Below are positions 9,470 through 22,108 of a stretch of DNA of 64,000 nucleotides, piece after piece. Position 1 is the stretch's first letter; the number at the start of each line of letters is the position of its first letter. The notes under the pieces were generated by a model that searched no databases, was not told the origin of the DNA, and saw nothing but the letters and a program-made list of their open reading frames with translations. Source of the stretch: Dehalococcoidia bacterium (GTDB lineage Bacteria > Chloroflexota > Dehalococcoidia > UBA2979); the NCBI GenBank assembly GCA_964291495.2, contig OZ219871.1, positions 1,376,001-1,440,000 of the forward strand. Direction: 5' to 3'. The translations under genes and the position numbers were made by a program.

Positions 9470-10333
9470 ATGACTGCCGAGCCGCCCCTCCACGAACGGG
9501 CGGTCGATCGCCAGGTGCAGCGCCTCGGCGAGCAGCTCGCCGAGCTGCGCGCGGGCCTCGAGCAGCAGCGCCGCGACATCGACGAGCTGCGGACCGCGCT
9601 CAGCCTGCAGCACCGCGCTTCCGAGGAGAAGGGCGTCGACGAGCTGGTGCTGGACCAGGTGAGAACCAGCATCGATCACCTCGCCGAGCGCCTTGCAAGC
9701 GAGAGCGAGCGCGGCCGCCGCGTCGGCGACGAGCTGACCGAGCTCGAACGCGTCAGGGAAACCGTGGACTTGCGTCTCGAAACCGCCGAGGGCCGGATCG
9801 CCGCCCTCGCCGAGGTGGCCGGCAGCGAGCGCGAGGAGCGGACGCGGATCGACGCCGCGGTCCCGGAACTCGCCGGCACGGTCGATGAGGTCGTTGCGCG
9901 GCTCAACGCGCTGCAGGCCGCGCTGCGGCGCGCGGAGGACGGCCTCGCCCGCCTCGACAGCAGCCTGGGCCGCGAGGAAGAGCTGCGCCAGATGGTCGAG
10001 CAGCACCAGTCGGTCCGGCTTCGCCTCGAAGATCGTCTGCGCGATCTCGAGGATCGCTTGCAGGAGACGCTGGAGCTCCTCGGATCCGCCGCCGAGGAGC
10101 GGCTGGCCCTGCGCCACCAGGTCATGGGGCTTGATGAGCGCATGCGGATCATGGGCGAGGCGCTGGAGTTCCAGCGCGATGCCGTGATCGATCACTTCCG
10201 GCGGGTTCTTGATGTCGAGGAGCAGCAGGGTCAGCGCCAGATCGAGGAGATCGAGCAGCGCCTGCGCCGCGGCCGCGCCCTGCTTGTCCGGCTGCGCGAG
10301 AGCGGCCCGCGTCCCCCGGAGGAGCAGTCCTGA
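9470..10333 (+). CDS. Hypothetical long coiled-coil protein
   Basis: 287-aa E/R/L/Q-rich helical ORF with native codon usage, packed tightly between hom and thrC. Confidence 0.75.
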   Translation: MTAEPPLHERAVDRQVQRLGEQLAELRAGLEQQRRDIDELRTALSLQHRASEEKGVDELVLDQVRTSIDHLAERLASESERGRRVGDELTELERVRETVDLRLETAEGRIAALAEVAGSEREERTRIDAAVPELAGTVDEVVARLNALQAALRRAEDGLARLDSSLGREEELRQMVEQHQSVRLRLEDRLRDLEDRLQETLELLGSAAEERLALRHQVMGLDERMRIMGEALEFQRDAVIDHFRRVLDVEEQQGQRQIEEIEQRLRRGRALLVRLRESGPRPPEEQS

Positions 10334-11430
10334 CAGGGCCCGAACCGACGTCCGACCCGGCCGGCTCGGGGCCCCCGGAGACGCGCTTCATCCTCGAGCG
10401 TTACGCGGACCTGCTGCCTGTCGGGCCGGACACGCCGCGCGTGACGCTCGGCGAGGGCGGCACCCCACTGCTGCGCTCGCGTGTGCTCGAGGGCGAACTC
10501 GGGATCGAGGCGCTCTACTTCAAGCTCGAGGCATCCAACCCGACCGGCTCGTTCAAGGACCGCGGGATGGTGCTCGCGGCGGCGAAGGCGGTGGAGGAGG
10601 GCGCGGAGGCGATGATCTGCGCCTCCACCGGCAACACCTCCGCCTCGATGGCGGCCTACGCCGCGCGCTATGGCCTGCGCGCCCACGTCGTGGTGCCCTC
10701 CGGGCGCGTCGCCGCCGGCAAGCTCGCGCAGGCGATCGCCTACGGGGCGGACATCGTGGCCCTCGACGGCTCGTTCGACGACGCGCTGCGCGTCGTGCGC
10801 GAGCTGGCCGCGCAGCACCCGGTCGCGTTGATGAACTCGGTGAACCCGTATCGCATCGAGGGCCAGAAGACTGCTGCCTTCGAGATCGCCGACGATCTCG
10901 GCGACGCCCCGGACCTGGTCTGCATCCCGGTCGGCAACGCGGGCAACATCACCGCCTACTGGGCGGGCTTCGTCGAGTATCGCCGGCAGGAGCGCAGCGG
11001 TCGGCTGCCCCGGATGTGGGGCTTCCAGGCCGAGGGCGCCGCGCCGCTCGTGCGCGGCGAGCCGGTGCCCGAGCCGGAAACCATCGCCACCGCGATCCGC
11101 ATCGGCAACCCCGCCTCCTGGAAGGGCGCGATCGCCGCGCGCGACGACTCCGGCGGCGTGATCGCCGCCGTCTCCGACGACGAGATCATCGAGGCCTATC
11201 GCCGCCTCGCGCGCGACGAGGGCGTGTTCTGCGAGCCTGCTTCGGCCGCCAGCGTCGCCGGTCTGCTCGCGCGGGCGGGCGCGGGGGAAGACCTGTCGGG
11301 GCTGACCGTCGTCTGCGTGATCACCGGCTCCGGCCTCAAGGATCCCGACACGGCGATGGGCGTCGAGACCGCGCGCTTCTCCGCGCCCGCCGAAGCGGAC
11401 GCCGTGGCGAGGGTGCTCGGCTGGTCCTGA
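10330..11430 (+). CDS. thrC: Threonine synthase (probable CTG start at 10330)
   Basis: [56 protein letters not shown]; conserved N-terminal [11 protein letters not shown] lies upstream of the track start at 10441. Confidence 0.93.
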   Translation: MTGPEPTSDPAGSGPPETRFILERYADLLPVGPDTPRVTLGEGGTPLLRSRVLEGELGIEALYFKLEASNPTGSFKDRGMVLAAAKAVEEGAEAMICASTGNTSASMAAYAARYGLRAHVVVPSGRVAAGKLAQAIAYGADIVALDGSFDDALRVVRELAAQHPVALMNSVNPYRIEGQKTAAFEIADDLGDAPDLVCIPVGNAGNITAYWAGFVEYRRQERSGRLPRMWGFQAEGAAPLVRGEPVPEPETIATAIRIGNPASWKGAIAARDDSGGVIAAVSDDEIIEAYRRLARDEGVFCEPASAASVAGLLARAGAGEDLSGLTVVCVITGSGLKDPDTAMGVETARFSAPAEADAVARVLGWS

Positions 11431-11491
11431 GCCGCACGCCGGATCGCGTGCTACGATCGGGCGCGCTGACCACGCCTCGGAAGGATCGCTC

Positions 11492-12091
11492 GTGAGCACG
11501 GCGCAATACCACCTGGATGTGAGGCCCGGCTTCGACGACGAGCGCGCCGAGGCCGCCATCCGCGCGCTGATCGAGGCGCTCGGCGAGAACCTGCACCGCG
11601 AGGGCCTGGCCGACTCCCCGCGGCGCATCGCCGCGATGTACCGCGAGCTGTTCGAGGGCCTCAACCATGACCCCGTCGAGGTGCTCTCCGTCGGCTTCGA
11701 GGAGGGCCACGACGAGCTCGTGATCCTGCGAGAGATCCCCTTCTACTCGATGTGCGAGCACCACTTCATGCCCTTCCACGGCCAGGCCCACATCGGCTAT
11801 ATGCCGGACGGGCGCATCGTCGGCCTCTCCAAGATCGCTCGCGCCGTCGAGATCTTCGCCCGCCGTCCGCAGGTGCAGGAGCGCCTGACGACGCAGATCG
11901 CGGATTGCATCGAGCAGGTGCTGCATGCGCAGGGCGTCGGCGTGGTCATCGAGGCGGAGCACCTCTGCATGACGGCTCGAGGCGTGCGCAAGCCCGGCGC
12001 GACGATGGTCACCTCGGCAATGCGCGGCTGCTTCCGTACCGATGCGAACACGCGCCACGAGTTCCTCGGCCTGATCCGGCCGTCGGCGTGA
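11492..12091 (+). CDS. folE: GTP cyclohydrolase I
   Basis: [35 protein letters not shown]. Confidence 0.97.
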   Translation: MSTAQYHLDVRPGFDDERAEAAIRALIEALGENLHREGLADSPRRIAAMYRELFEGLNHDPVEVLSVGFEEGHDELVILREIPFYSMCEHHFMPFHGQAHIGYMPDGRIVGLSKIARAVEIFARRPQVQERLTTQIADCIEQVLHAQGVGVVIEAEHLCMTARGVRKPGATMVTSAMRGCFRTDANTRHEFLGLIRPSA

Positions 12092-12168
12092 GCCGCGATG
12101 GAGATCCGCCCAACGGAGCGCCGGTCTCTGGCGCGCGGCGGCGCGGCTCCGTAGGCTTCCCCGAAAGG

Positions 12169-13437
12169 ATGCCTGCCTCGATGCCTGCTCCGCAGCGGAT
12201 CGCCGTGCTCTCGTTCCACACCTCGCCGCTGGCGCCGCTCGGCGGCCGCGAGAGCGGTGGGATGAACGTCTACGTCCGCGAGGTCTCCGCGCAGCTCGCG
12301 CGAGGAGGCCCGGCCGTCGATGTCTTCACCCGCCGCACCGACCCGCTCCAGCCCGACGTGCTGACGATGGCGCCCGGCGTGCGACTGGTGCACATCGACG
12401 CCGGACCGCCCGAGCGGCTGGAGAAAGAAGAGCTGCAGCCGCTTGCGGGTGCGTTCGCGCGCGGCGTTGCCGACTTCGCGCGCCTCGAGGGCGTCGACTA
12501 CGACCTCGTGCACTCGCACTACTGGCTCGCTGTCGAGGCCGGCGCGCTCCTGGCGCGCGAGTGGGACGTACCGCACGTCGCGATGTTCCACACGCTCGCG
12601 GAGGTTAAGCTGCTCGCCCGCTCCTCCGAGCGCGAGCCGGAATCGCGTCGCGAGGCCGAGCGCCGCCTGGTGCATGAGGTGGACCGCATCGTCGCCGCCA
12701 CCGAGCACGAGCGGCGGCTGCTCGATCAGGTCTACGGCGTGCCCCGCGATCGGGTGGAGGTAATCCCGCTCGGCGTGGATCGCGATCGCTTCCGCCCTCG
12801 CGCGCAGCTCGACGCCCGCCGCTCGCTCGGCATCGACCCGCAGGCGCGGATCCTGCTCGCCGCGGGGCGCATCGAGCCGCTCAAGGGCCTCGACATCTTG
12901 ATCGAGTCGCTCGCGCAGCTACCCGGACGCGACCGCCTGCAGTTGCTGATCGTGGGCGGCGACGAGCGCGCCGAGCCGGAGATCGCGCGCCTCCGCGCCG
13001 TCGCCCGCGAGGCGGGTGTCGAGGCCCTCGTGCGCTTCGTCGGCCCCGTGCCTCACGAGGAGATCGGCGCCTACTACAACGCCGCCGACGTGGTCGTCGT
13101 GCCCTCGTTCTACGAGTCGTTCGGGCTGGTCGCCGCCGAGGCGATGGCGTCCGGCGTGCCCGTCGTTGCCTCGCGCGTCGGCGGGCTCACCTCCACGGTG
13201 GCGGACGGCCGCAGCGGCTACCTGATCCCGTGGCGCTGCCCCGGCCCCTTCGCCGAGAAGATCGACCTGCTGCTGGAGAACCGGCCGCTGCGCGAGGCGC
13301 TCGGCGCGGCCGCTGCGCGCTCGATGGAGCGCTACGAGTGGTCCGCCGTCGCGGGCGGATTGCTCGACCTCTACGCCTCGCTGCTGCGCGAGCGCGCCGC
13401 CGGGCCGGCCGCGCAGCCGGCGCTCGCCCACGCCTGA
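12169..13437 (+). CDS. GT4 glycosyltransferase, MshA-like
   Basis: HTSPLA.LGG..SGGMNVYV, HSHYW, FHTL..VK, GRIEPLKG, ESFGLVAAEAMASG.PVVA; start uncertain (12088, 12169 or 12181). Confidence 0.85.
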   Translation: MPASMPAPQRIAVLSFHTSPLAPLGGRESGGMNVYVREVSAQLARGGPAVDVFTRRTDPLQPDVLTMAPGVRLVHIDAGPPERLEKEELQPLAGAFARGVADFARLEGVDYDLVHSHYWLAVEAGALLAREWDVPHVAMFHTLAEVKLLARSSEREPESRREAERRLVHEVDRIVAATEHERRLLDQVYGVPRDRVEVIPLGVDRDRFRPRAQLDARRSLGIDPQARILLAAGRIEPLKGLDILIESLAQLPGRDRLQLLIVGGDERAEPEIARLRAVAREAGVEALVRFVGPVPHEEIGAYYNAADVVVVPSFYESFGLVAAEAMASGVPVVASRVGGLTSTVADGRSGYLIPWRCPGPFAEKIDLLLENRPLREALGAAAARSMERYEWSAVAGGLLDLYASLLRERAAGPAAQPALAHA

Positions 13438-13445
13438 GCAGCGAC

Positions 13446-14207
13446 GTGACCGAGGACGCCACCGCCACCGACCTGGAGGCACTCGTCGCCGACCTCGAAC
13501 CGCGGCGCGCCCTCGTCATGGTCGCGCACCCGGACGACGCCGACTTCGGCTGCGCCGGCACGATGGCGCTGCTCTGCAAGGCGGGCTGGGAGGTCGACCT
13601 GCTGGTGGCGACGAACGGCAACAAGGGCACGAAGGATCCGCGCCGCACGGGCCAGCAGCTGGCCGCCGTGCGCGAGGAGGAGCAGCGCCAGGCCGCCGCG
13701 ATCCTCGGCGTGAACGAGCCGATCTTCCTCGGTTTCCCGGACGGCTACCTCCACGCGGATAACGAGCTGCGCGGACTGCTGGTGCGCGAGCTGCGGCGGC
13801 TGCGCCCCTCGCTCGCGATCACCTTCGACGGCTTCCGCGCCGGCTTCAATCACCGCGACCACCGCGAGGTCGGGCGCGCCGCCTACGACGCGATCTACCC
13901 GGCGGCCGACGACCACCTCTTCTACCCCGAGCACCGCGAGGAGGGCCTTGAGCCGCATCGCCCGGATATGCTGCTGCTGGCCGGAGCGCCCGAGCCCGAC
14001 GTCGTGATCGACATCGAGCCGGTGCTCGAGCTGAAGGTTCAGGCCGTTACCGCCCACGTTTCGCAGGTGGGCGGCCGCTCGCCGGAGGAGATGCTGCGCT
14101 GGTGGCGCGAGCGCGCCGGACCCGCCTCCGGCCCTCGCTACCGCGAGTCGTTCCGCAAGGTGACGTGGGAGCGCGCGCGGCGCAGCGCGGACGCGCGCCG
14201 GGGTTAA
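13446..14207 (+). CDS. PIG-L family (MshB/BshB/LmbE-like) deacetylase
   Basis: AHPDDADF, R..E...AA.ILG, HRDH, AHVSQ. Confidence 0.9.
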   Translation: MTEDATATDLEALVADLEPRRALVMVAHPDDADFGCAGTMALLCKAGWEVDLLVATNGNKGTKDPRRTGQQLAAVREEEQRQAAAILGVNEPIFLGFPDGYLHADNELRGLLVRELRRLRPSLAITFDGFRAGFNHRDHREVGRAAYDAIYPAADDHLFYPEHREEGLEPHRPDMLLLAGAPEPDVVIDIEPVLELKVQAVTAHVSQVGGRSPEEMLRWWRERAGPASGPRYRESFRKVTWERARRSADARRG

Positions 14208-14227
14208 CTCGACGCGTACCCCGCGCG

Positions 14228-14256
14228 TTGACACTGGACCGGCCCAGACGTAGCCT
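14228..14256 (+). promoter_or_regulatory. Sigma70-type promoter of the str/S10 superoperon
   Basis: TTGACA (14228-14233), 17-nt spacer, TAGCCT (14251-14256). Confidence 0.75.
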
Positions 14257-14481
14257 TTTTTCGTTGCGCCTTGCAGCGCTGGTACACGGTTCAACGGTCG
14301 GCTGGCCGGGGCGGGTGAGGACCGGCGACGGGCAATTCGCACGACACGGTGCGATGTCGCGTCTGGCTCACATCGCAGCCATCTGGCCGTTCATTCTGCC
14401 CTCCGTCGGATGGCGGATCGCAGGCCCGGACGGCGAAGCAAGGACGGCGCGGAGAAGCCGCGCCGGGAGGACAGGGACGAC

Positions 14482-14895
14482 ATGCCGACCATCAATCAGC
14501 TGGTCCGCAAGGGTCGCAAGCCCGTCACGAAGAAGACGAAGGCGCCGGCGCTGCGCTTCCGCTACAACTCGCTCACCAACCGCACCACGCGCGGCAAGAA
14601 GGGGTCGCCGCAGAAGCGTGGCGTCTGCACCCAGGTGCGGACCGTCACGCCGAAGAAGCCGAACTCCGCGCTGCGCAAGGTCTGCCGCGTCCGCCTGACC
14701 AACGGCATCGAGGTCACCGCCTACATCCCGGGCGAGGGCCACACGCTGCAGGAGCACTCCGTCGTGCTGATCCGCGGCGGCCGTGTCAAGGATCTCCCCG
14801 GCGTGCGCTACCACGTCGTGCGTGGCGCCCTCGATGCGACGGGCGTCGAGGGCCGCCGGCGCGGCCGCAGCAAGTACGGGACGCGCAGGGACTAA
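14482..14895 (+). CDS. rpsL: 30S ribosomal protein S12
   Basis: [32 protein letters not shown]; carries the insertion seen in Bacillota/Chloroflexota. Confidence 0.98.
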   Translation: MPTINQLVRKGRKPVTKKTKAPALRFRYNSLTNRTTRGKKGSPQKRGVCTQVRTVTPKKPNSALRKVCRVRLTNGIEVTAYIPGEGHTLQEHSVVLIRGGRVKDLPGVRYHVVRGALDATGVEGRRRGRSKYGTRRD

Positions 14896-14901
14896 TCGAC
14901 G

Positions 14902-15369
14902 ATGCGCCGCAGCCGAGCTCCCCAACGACCCGTTGCCCCCGATCCGCGCTTCCAGTCGCGGCTCGTCACCGCGTTCACCAACAAGGTGCTGCGCAACGGC
15001 AAGAAGAGCACGGCCGAGCGCATCGTCTACGGGGCTTTCGACCGCATCGAGGAGCAGACCGGCCGGCCGGGTATCGACGTCTTCGAGCAGGCAGTTCGCA
15101 ACATCACGCCGATCATCGAGGTGAAGCCGCGCCGCGTAGGTGGCGCGACCTATCAGGTCCCGGTCGACATCCGCTCCGAGCGCCGTCAGGCGCTCGCTCT
15201 GCGCTGGCTGCTGAACGCGGCCCGCTCGCGGGGCGGGCGCTCCATGCAGGAGCGCCTTGCCGCCGAGATGCTGGATGCCGCGAACAACGCGGGCGCCGCG
15301 GTGCGCCGCAAGGAAGAGACGCATCGGATGGCCGAGGCCAACCGCGCGTTTGTGCACTACCGATGGTAG
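14902..15369 (+). CDS. rpsG: 30S ribosomal protein S7
   Basis: [31 protein letters not shown]. Confidence 0.98.
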   Translation: MRRSRAPQRPVAPDPRFQSRLVTAFTNKVLRNGKKSTAERIVYGAFDRIEEQTGRPGIDVFEQAVRNITPIIEVKPRRVGGATYQVPVDIRSERRQALALRWLLNAARSRGGRSMQERLAAEMLDAANNAGAAVRRKEETHRMAEANRAFVHYRW

Positions 15370-15465
15370 GCCGCACCCGTCGGCCGGCGCCCGCCCCCGG
15401 AACACCGGGGGCGGAACCATTCGAGGACACGCCGGGCACGCTGCCGGGCCGGGGGAGCAACTAAC

Positions 15466-17562
15466 GTGTCTCGCGAAACCCCGCTCGAGCGCGTCCGCAA
15501 CATCGGCGTGATCGCGCACATCGACGCCGGCAAGACCACCGTGACCGAGCGCATCCTCTACTACACCGGGCGCACGCACCGCCTTGGTGAGACGCATGAC
15601 GGCACCGCCGTCATGGACTTCATGGCGCAGGAGCGCGAGCGCGGCATCACCATCACCTCGGCGGCCACCACCGCCGAGTGGCGCGACCACCAGGTCAACA
15701 TCATCGACACGCCCGGCCACGTCGACTTCACCGTCGAGGTCGAGCGCTCGCTGCGCGTGCTCGACGGCGGCGTCGTGGTCTTCGACGGCGTCGCCGGGGT
15801 CGAGCCGCAGTCGGAGACGGTCTGGCGTCAGGCCAACCGCTACGAGGTGCCGCGCATCTGCTTCGTCAACAAGATGGACCGCACCGGCGCCGACTTCGAT
15901 CGCACCGTCGAGATGATCGTCGACCGCCTCGGAGCCATCCCCGTGCCGCTGCAGCTGCCGATGGGCGCCGAGGATGACTTCAGCGGCGTGATCGACCTCG
16001 TCGAGATGCGCGCCATCACCTTCGGCGGCGAGCGCGGCGAGGATGTCTCGGTCGGCGAGATCCCCGGCGCCTTCCAGGACGCGGCCCGCGATGCCCGCGA
16101 TCTGATGATCGAGCGCGTCGCCGAGAACGACGACCAGATGATGGTCTCGTTCCTCGAGGGGCACGAGATCGACGTGCCGGAGCTGCAGAAGGCGATCCGC
16201 CGCGCGACGATCAGCAACGCGATCACCCCGGTGCTGGCCGGGGCCGCGCTGCGCAACCGCGGCGTGCAGCCGCTGCTCGACGCCGTCGTCACCTACCTGC
16301 CCTCGCCGATCGACGTGCCGCCGGTGAGCGCGCACGCGGTCGGTGACCCGGACCGCACGGTCGAGCGCGCCGCCGACGACGGTGCGCCGCTGACGGCGCT
16401 CGCCTTCAAGGTCGTCGCCGACCCGTTCGTCGGCCGCCTCGTCTTCTTCCGCGTCTACTCCGGCGTGGTGCGTAGCGGCGAGCAGGTGAGCAACAGCACG
16501 CGCGGGCGCCGCGAGCGCTTCGGCCGGCTGCTGCGCATGCACGCCGACTCGCGCGAGGACATCCAGGAGGTCTACGCCGGCGAGATCGCCGCGGGCATCG
16601 GCCTCAAGGACACGTTCACCGGCGACACGCTCTGCGACACGAAGCGCCCCGTCGCCCTCGAAGCGATCCGCTTCCCCACACCCGTCATCTCGATCGCGAT
16701 CGAGCCGCGCACACGCAACGACCAGGATCGCCTCGGCGACGCCCTGCAGCGGCTCTCCGAGGAAGACCCGACCTTCCGCGTGCGCTACGACGACGAGACC
16801 GGCCAGACCGTGATCTCCGGCATGGGCGAGCTACACCTCGAGGTGATCGTGGACCGCATGCGCCGCGAGTACCGCGTCGAGGCCAACGTCGGCCGCCCGC
16901 AGGTGGCCTACCGCGAGACGCTGACGCGCGCGCTGCGCACCGAGGGCCGCTTCGTGCGCCAGACCGGCGGCCGCGGCCAGTACGGCCACTGCATCCTCGA
17001 GGTCGCCCCGCGCGAGCCGGGCGCCGGCTTCAGCTTCGAGGACCGCACCGTCGGCGGCTCGATTCCGCGCGAGTACATCCCGGCCGTCCGCCGCGGCGTC
17101 GAGCAGGCGCTCGCCAGCGGCGCGCGCGCCGGGTACCCGGTGGTCGATGTCGCGGTCGCCGTCGTCGACGGCTCGTACCACGACGTGGACTCCTCGGAGA
17201 TCGCGTTCCAGACGGCCGGTTCGCTGGGCATGCGCCAGGCGCTCGATCGCGGCGGCTCGGTGCTGCTGGAGCCGGTGATGAAGATGGAGATCGTGACGCC
17301 GGAGGACCACTTCGGCGACGTGCTCGGGGACATTGGCAGCCGTCGCGGGCAGGTGCTGGGCGCGGAGCCGCGAGGCAACGCGCACGTCATCCAGGCGCAG
17401 GCGCCGCTCGCCGAGACGTTCGGCTACGCCACGGACCTGCGCTCGCTGACGCAGGGCCGCGCGACGTACTCGATGGAGTTCGATCACTACGCGCGCGTGC
17501 CGGACGGGATCGTCGAGGAGATCACGGATTCACGCGTCGACACGCGCGTGGCGGCGGGCTAG
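15466..17562 (+). CDS. fusA: Elongation factor G
   Basis: [34 protein letters not shown]. Confidence 0.98.
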   Translation: MSRETPLERVRNIGVIAHIDAGKTTVTERILYYTGRTHRLGETHDGTAVMDFMAQERERGITITSAATTAEWRDHQVNIIDTPGHVDFTVEVERSLRVLDGGVVVFDGVAGVEPQSETVWRQANRYEVPRICFVNKMDRTGADFDRTVEMIVDRLGAIPVPLQLPMGAEDDFSGVIDLVEMRAITFGGERGEDVSVGEIPGAFQDAARDARDLMIERVAENDDQMMVSFLEGHEIDVPELQKAIRRATISNAITPVLAGAALRNRGVQPLLDAVVTYLPSPIDVPPVSAHAVGDPDRTVERAADDGAPLTALAFKVVADPFVGRLVFFRVYSGVVRSGEQVSNSTRGRRERFGRLLRMHADSREDIQEVYAGEIAAGIGLKDTFTGDTLCDTKRPVALEAIRFPTPVISIAIEPRTRNDQDRLGDALQRLSEEDPTFRVRYDDETGQTVISGMGELHLEVIVDRMRREYRVEANVGRPQVAYRETLTRALRTEGRFVRQTGGRGQYGHCILEVAPREPGAGFSFEDRTVGGSIPREYIPAVRRGVEQALASGARAGYPVVDVAVAVVDGSYHDVDSSEIAFQTAGSLGMRQALDRGGSVLLEPVMKMEIVTPEDHFGDVLGDIGSRRGQVLGAEPRGNAHVIQAQAPLAETFGYATDLRSLTQGRATYSMEFDHYARVPDGIVEEITDSRVDTRVAAG

Positions 17563-17592
17563 GGACGCCCGCGAAGGAGAGGGAGCCGGAGG

Positions 17593-18792
<1,200 letters not shown>

Positions 18793-18828
18793 CAGCGAGC
18801 AGCGAGTCGCGAGGGCGCGGGGGACGCA

Positions 18829-19143
18829 GTGGTAAGTTCGCGACAACGGATCCGGATTCGGCTCAAGTCCTACGACCATCGCGTCCTGGACCGCTCCGCG
18901 AAGCAGATCGTGGAGACCGCCGAACGAACCGGCGCCGCCGTCGCCGGGCCCGTGCCGCTGCCCACGCGCATTCGCAAGTACACGGTGATTCGCTCGCCGT
19001 TCATCGACAAGGACTCGCGGGATCAGTTCGAGATTCGCACGCACAAGCGGCTGATCGACATCTTCGAACCGACCTCGCGCACGGTGGACACGCTGATGCG
19101 GCTGCAACTGCCGTCCGGCGTGGACATCGAGATCAAGCTGTAG
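18829..19143 (+). CDS. rpsJ: 30S ribosomal protein S10
   Basis: [26 protein letters not shown]. Confidence 0.98.
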   Translation: MVSSRQRIRIRLKSYDHRVLDRSAKQIVETAERTGAAVAGPVPLPTRIRKYTVIRSPFIDKDSRDQFEIRTHKRLIDIFEPTSRTVDTLMRLQLPSGVDIEIKL

Positions 19144-19162
19144 CGGACGCGAGGGCAGACCA

Positions 19163-20002
19163 GTGATTCGCGGGATGCTCGGCCGCAAGCTCGGAATGAT
19201 GCGCCTCTACGATGGCGGCGGGCAGGTGCGCGCCGTGACGGTGATCGAGCTCGGCCCCAACCGCGTCACCCAGCTGCGCACGCTGGAGCGCGACGGCTAC
19301 GAGGCCGTCCAGGTGGGCTACGGCGGCAACCGCAAGCGCCTCAACCGGCCGCGCCGCGGCCACCTGCGCAACGCTGGCCTCGAGGGCGAGGCGCTGTCCC
19401 TGCTGCGCGAGTTCCCCGCCGACGACCCCTCGGCGCATGCGACCGGCGACGTCGTGGTCTGCGACCAGTTCGAGCCCGGCCAGTACGTGGACGTCTCCGG
19501 TGTCTCGAAGGGGCGCGGCTTCGCCGGCGGCGTGAAGCGCTGGGGCTTCCACGGCGGCCCGAAGACGCACGGTCAGTCCGACCGCCACCGCGCGCCGGGC
19601 TCGATCGGCGCGGGCACCACACCCGGCAAGGTCTGGAAGGGCCAGAAGATGGCCGGGCACATGGGCGCGCGCAACACCTCTGTCCTCAACCTGCTCGTCG
19701 TCCAGTCCGACCCGATCCGCAACCTGCTGTTCGTCGAGGGCTCCGTGCCCGGCCCCAACAAGGGCCTCGTGACCGTCACGCCCGGCCGCAAGCCCGCGCG
19801 CAGCGACTACGAGCCGCCCGAGCTGCCCGAGCCGCCCGCGCTGGAGGCCGACGAGCCCGAGCCGGACGAGCCGGAGGAGACCGTGGCGGTCGCGGACGAG
19901 GACGCCGCCGCCGAGGCCAGCGCGGACGAGGCTGCCGAAGCGACCGACGACGAAGCGACCGACGACGAGGCCGCCGAGGCGAGCGAAGAGGAGCAGGAGT
20001 GA
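19163..20002 (+). CDS. rplC: 50S ribosomal protein L3 with acidic C-terminal tail
   Basis: [38 protein letters not shown]. Confidence 0.98.
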   Translation: MIRGMLGRKLGMMRLYDGGGQVRAVTVIELGPNRVTQLRTLERDGYEAVQVGYGGNRKRLNRPRRGHLRNAGLEGEALSLLREFPADDPSAHATGDVVVCDQFEPGQYVDVSGVSKGRGFAGGVKRWGFHGGPKTHGQSDRHRAPGSIGAGTTPGKVWKGQKMAGHMGARNTSVLNLLVVQSDPIRNLLFVEGSVPGPNKGLVTVTPGRKPARSDYEPPELPEPPALEADEPEPDEPEETVAVADEDAAAEASADEAAEATDDEATDDEAAEASEEEQE

Positions 20003-20679
20003 CGGAACTCCCGGTCCGCAACGCCGCCGGTGAGGCCCTCGATGCGATCGAGGTCGACGACGCCGTGTTCGGGATCACGCCGAACGAGGCGGTGGTGCAC
20101 CAGACGCTCGTTGCCCAGCTCGCCGCCCGCCGCGGCGGGCACCACAGCACGAAGTCTCGGGGCGAGGTCCGCGGGTCGACCGCGAAGATCCGCCGCCAGA
20201 AGGGCCTCGGCATGGCGCGCATGGGCTCCAACCGCTCGCCGATCCGGCGGGGCGGCGGCGTCGCCTTCGGTCCGAAGCCGCGCTCCTACGTGCAGCGCCT
20301 TCCGAAGCGGATGCGCCGCCTGGCGCTGCGCTCCGTGCTCTCCGCGCGCGTCCGCGACGAGCGCCTGCACGTGATCGACGAGCTGGCGCTCGAGGCGCCC
20401 TCGACGCGCGCGGCGCGCGAACTGCTGGAGACGCTCGGCATCGAGCGCTCGGTACTGATCGTGACCGGCGCCGCGGATCGCACGGCGTTCCTCTCGGCGC
20501 GCAACCTGCCGGGCGCGGACGTGGTCCCGGCCGACGTGCTGAACGTCGCCGACCTGCTCGCGCACCACTCGGTGCTGCTGACGGTCGACGCCGTGCGCCG
20601 CGCCGAGGCGCTGTGGGGCGGCGAGCGCGCCTCGGGCCGCCCGGCGCCGCCGCCCGAGCCCGTGACGGTGGAGGCCTGA
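19999..20679 (+). CDS. rplD: 50S ribosomal protein L4
   Basis: [28 protein letters not shown]. Confidence 0.98.
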   Translation: MTELPVRNAAGEALDAIEVDDAVFGITPNEAVVHQTLVAQLAARRGGHHSTKSRGEVRGSTAKIRRQKGLGMARMGSNRSPIRRGGGVAFGPKPRSYVQRLPKRMRRLALRSVLSARVRDERLHVIDELALEAPSTRAARELLETLGIERSVLIVTGAADRTAFLSARNLPGADVVPADVLNVADLLAHHSVLLTVDAVRRAEALWGGERASGRPAPPPEPVTVEA

Positions 20680-20681
20680 CG

Positions 20682-20978
20682 ATGCCGAAGGCGATCCATC
20701 CCTACCAGGTGCTGAAGCGCCCGATCATCACCGAGAAGTCGACGATGCTCGGCGCGCAGGGCCAGTACGTCTTCGAGGTGGACACGCGCGCCAACAAGCC
20801 GCAGATCGGCGAGGCCGTCGCGCGCGCCTTCGACGTCAACGTGGTCAAGGTGCGGACGATGATGGTGCGCGGACGCACGCGCCGCGTCGGCACGCGCATC
20901 GTGCGCCGCCCGGCCTGGAAGAAGGCGATCGTGACGCTCGCGCCGGGCGACCAGATCGAGTACTTCGAGGGGGTCTAG
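20682..20978 (+). CDS. rplW: 50S ribosomal protein L23
   Basis: [24 protein letters not shown]. Confidence 0.97.
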   Translation: MPKAIHPYQVLKRPIITEKSTMLGAQGQYVFEVDTRANKPQIGEAVARAFDVNVVKVRTMMVRGRTRRVGTRIVRRPAWKKAIVTLAPGDQIEYFEGV

Positions 20979-20981
20979 GCG

Positions 20982-21821
20982 ATGCCGCTGCGCAACTTCA
21001 AGCCAACCTCTCCGGGCCGTCGCAACTCGATGGGCTACACCTTCGGCGAGATCACGAAGAAGAAGCCGGAGAAGAAGCTGCTCGCGACGAAGAAGCAGAA
21101 GGCGGGCCGCAACTCGCAGGGCCGCATCACCGTGCGCCATCGCGGCGGCGGTCACAAGCGCCGGATCCGCATCATCGACTTCAAGCGCGACAAGGACGGC
21201 GTCCCGGGCCGCGTCGCGGCGATCGAGTACGACCCCGGCCGCAGTGCGCGGATCGCGCTGATCTTTTACGCCGACGGCGACAAGCGGTACATCGTCGCGC
21301 CCGACGGGCTGGCCGTGGACGACACGATCGTCGCCGGCTCCGGATCGCCGATCAGCCCCGGCAACACGCTGCCGCTGCACGAGATTCCGCCGGGCACGAT
21401 GGTGCACAACGTGGAGCTGCAGCCCGGGCGCGGCGGCCAGCTGGGCCGCTCGGCGGGGACCGGCATCCAGGTGATGGCGCGCGACAGCGGCTACGTGCTG
21501 CTGCGTCTCCCCTCGGGCGAGATGCGGCAGGTGCTGGAGCGCTGCCGCGCGACGATCGGGACCGTCGGGAACCCGGAGCACGCGCTGATCAAGCTCGGCA
21601 AGGCGGGGCGCAACCGCCACCGCGGCCGCCGTCCGCAGGTGCGCGGCTCGGTGATGAACCCCGTCGATCACCCGCACGGCGGGGGCGAGGGCAAGTCGCC
21701 GATCGGGCTGCCCGGCCCGAAGACCCCGTGGGGCAAGCCGGCGCTCGGCTATCGCACGCGGCGCAACAAGCGCACCGACCGCTTCATCGTGCGGCGGCGC
21801 ACCCGAGGGCGGAGGCGCTAG
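20982..21821 (+). CDS. rplB: 50S ribosomal protein L2
   Basis: [35 protein letters not shown]. Confidence 0.99.
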   Translation: MPLRNFKPTSPGRRNSMGYTFGEITKKKPEKKLLATKKQKAGRNSQGRITVRHRGGGHKRRIRIIDFKRDKDGVPGRVAAIEYDPGRSARIALIFYADGDKRYIVAPDGLAVDDTIVAGSGSPISPGNTLPLHEIPPGTMVHNVELQPGRGGQLGRSAGTGIQVMARDSGYVLLRLPSGEMRQVLERCRATIGTVGNPEHALIKLGKAGRNRHRGRRPQVRGSVMNPVDHPHGGGEGKSPIGLPGPKTPWGKPALGYRTRRNKRTDRFIVRRRTRGRRR

Positions 21822-21823
21822 CG

Positions 21824-22108
21824 ATGTCACGCTCAACGAAGAAGGGGCCGTACATCCACCCGAAGCTGCTGAAGAAGGTGGAGGCGGCCCAGCGCTCGCA
21901 GAGCAAGCAGGTGATCCGCACTTGGTCGCGCGCCTCGACGATCATGCCGGAGATGGTGGGTCTGACCATCGCCGTGCACGACGGCCGTCGCCATGTGCCG
22001 GTCTTCTGCACGGAGAACATGGTCGGCCACAAGCTCGGCGAGTTCGCCTTCACCCGCACCTTCCGGGGCCACCGTGGCCGCAGCGAGCAGACCTCGAGGG
22101 CGCGGTGA
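21824..22108 (+). CDS. rpsS: 30S ribosomal protein S19
   Basis: [27 protein letters not shown]. Confidence 0.98.
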   Translation: MSRSTKKGPYIHPKLLKKVEAAQRSQSKQVIRTWSRASTIMPEMVGLTIAVHDGRRHVPVFCTENMVGHKLGEFAFTRTFRGHRGRSEQTSRAR

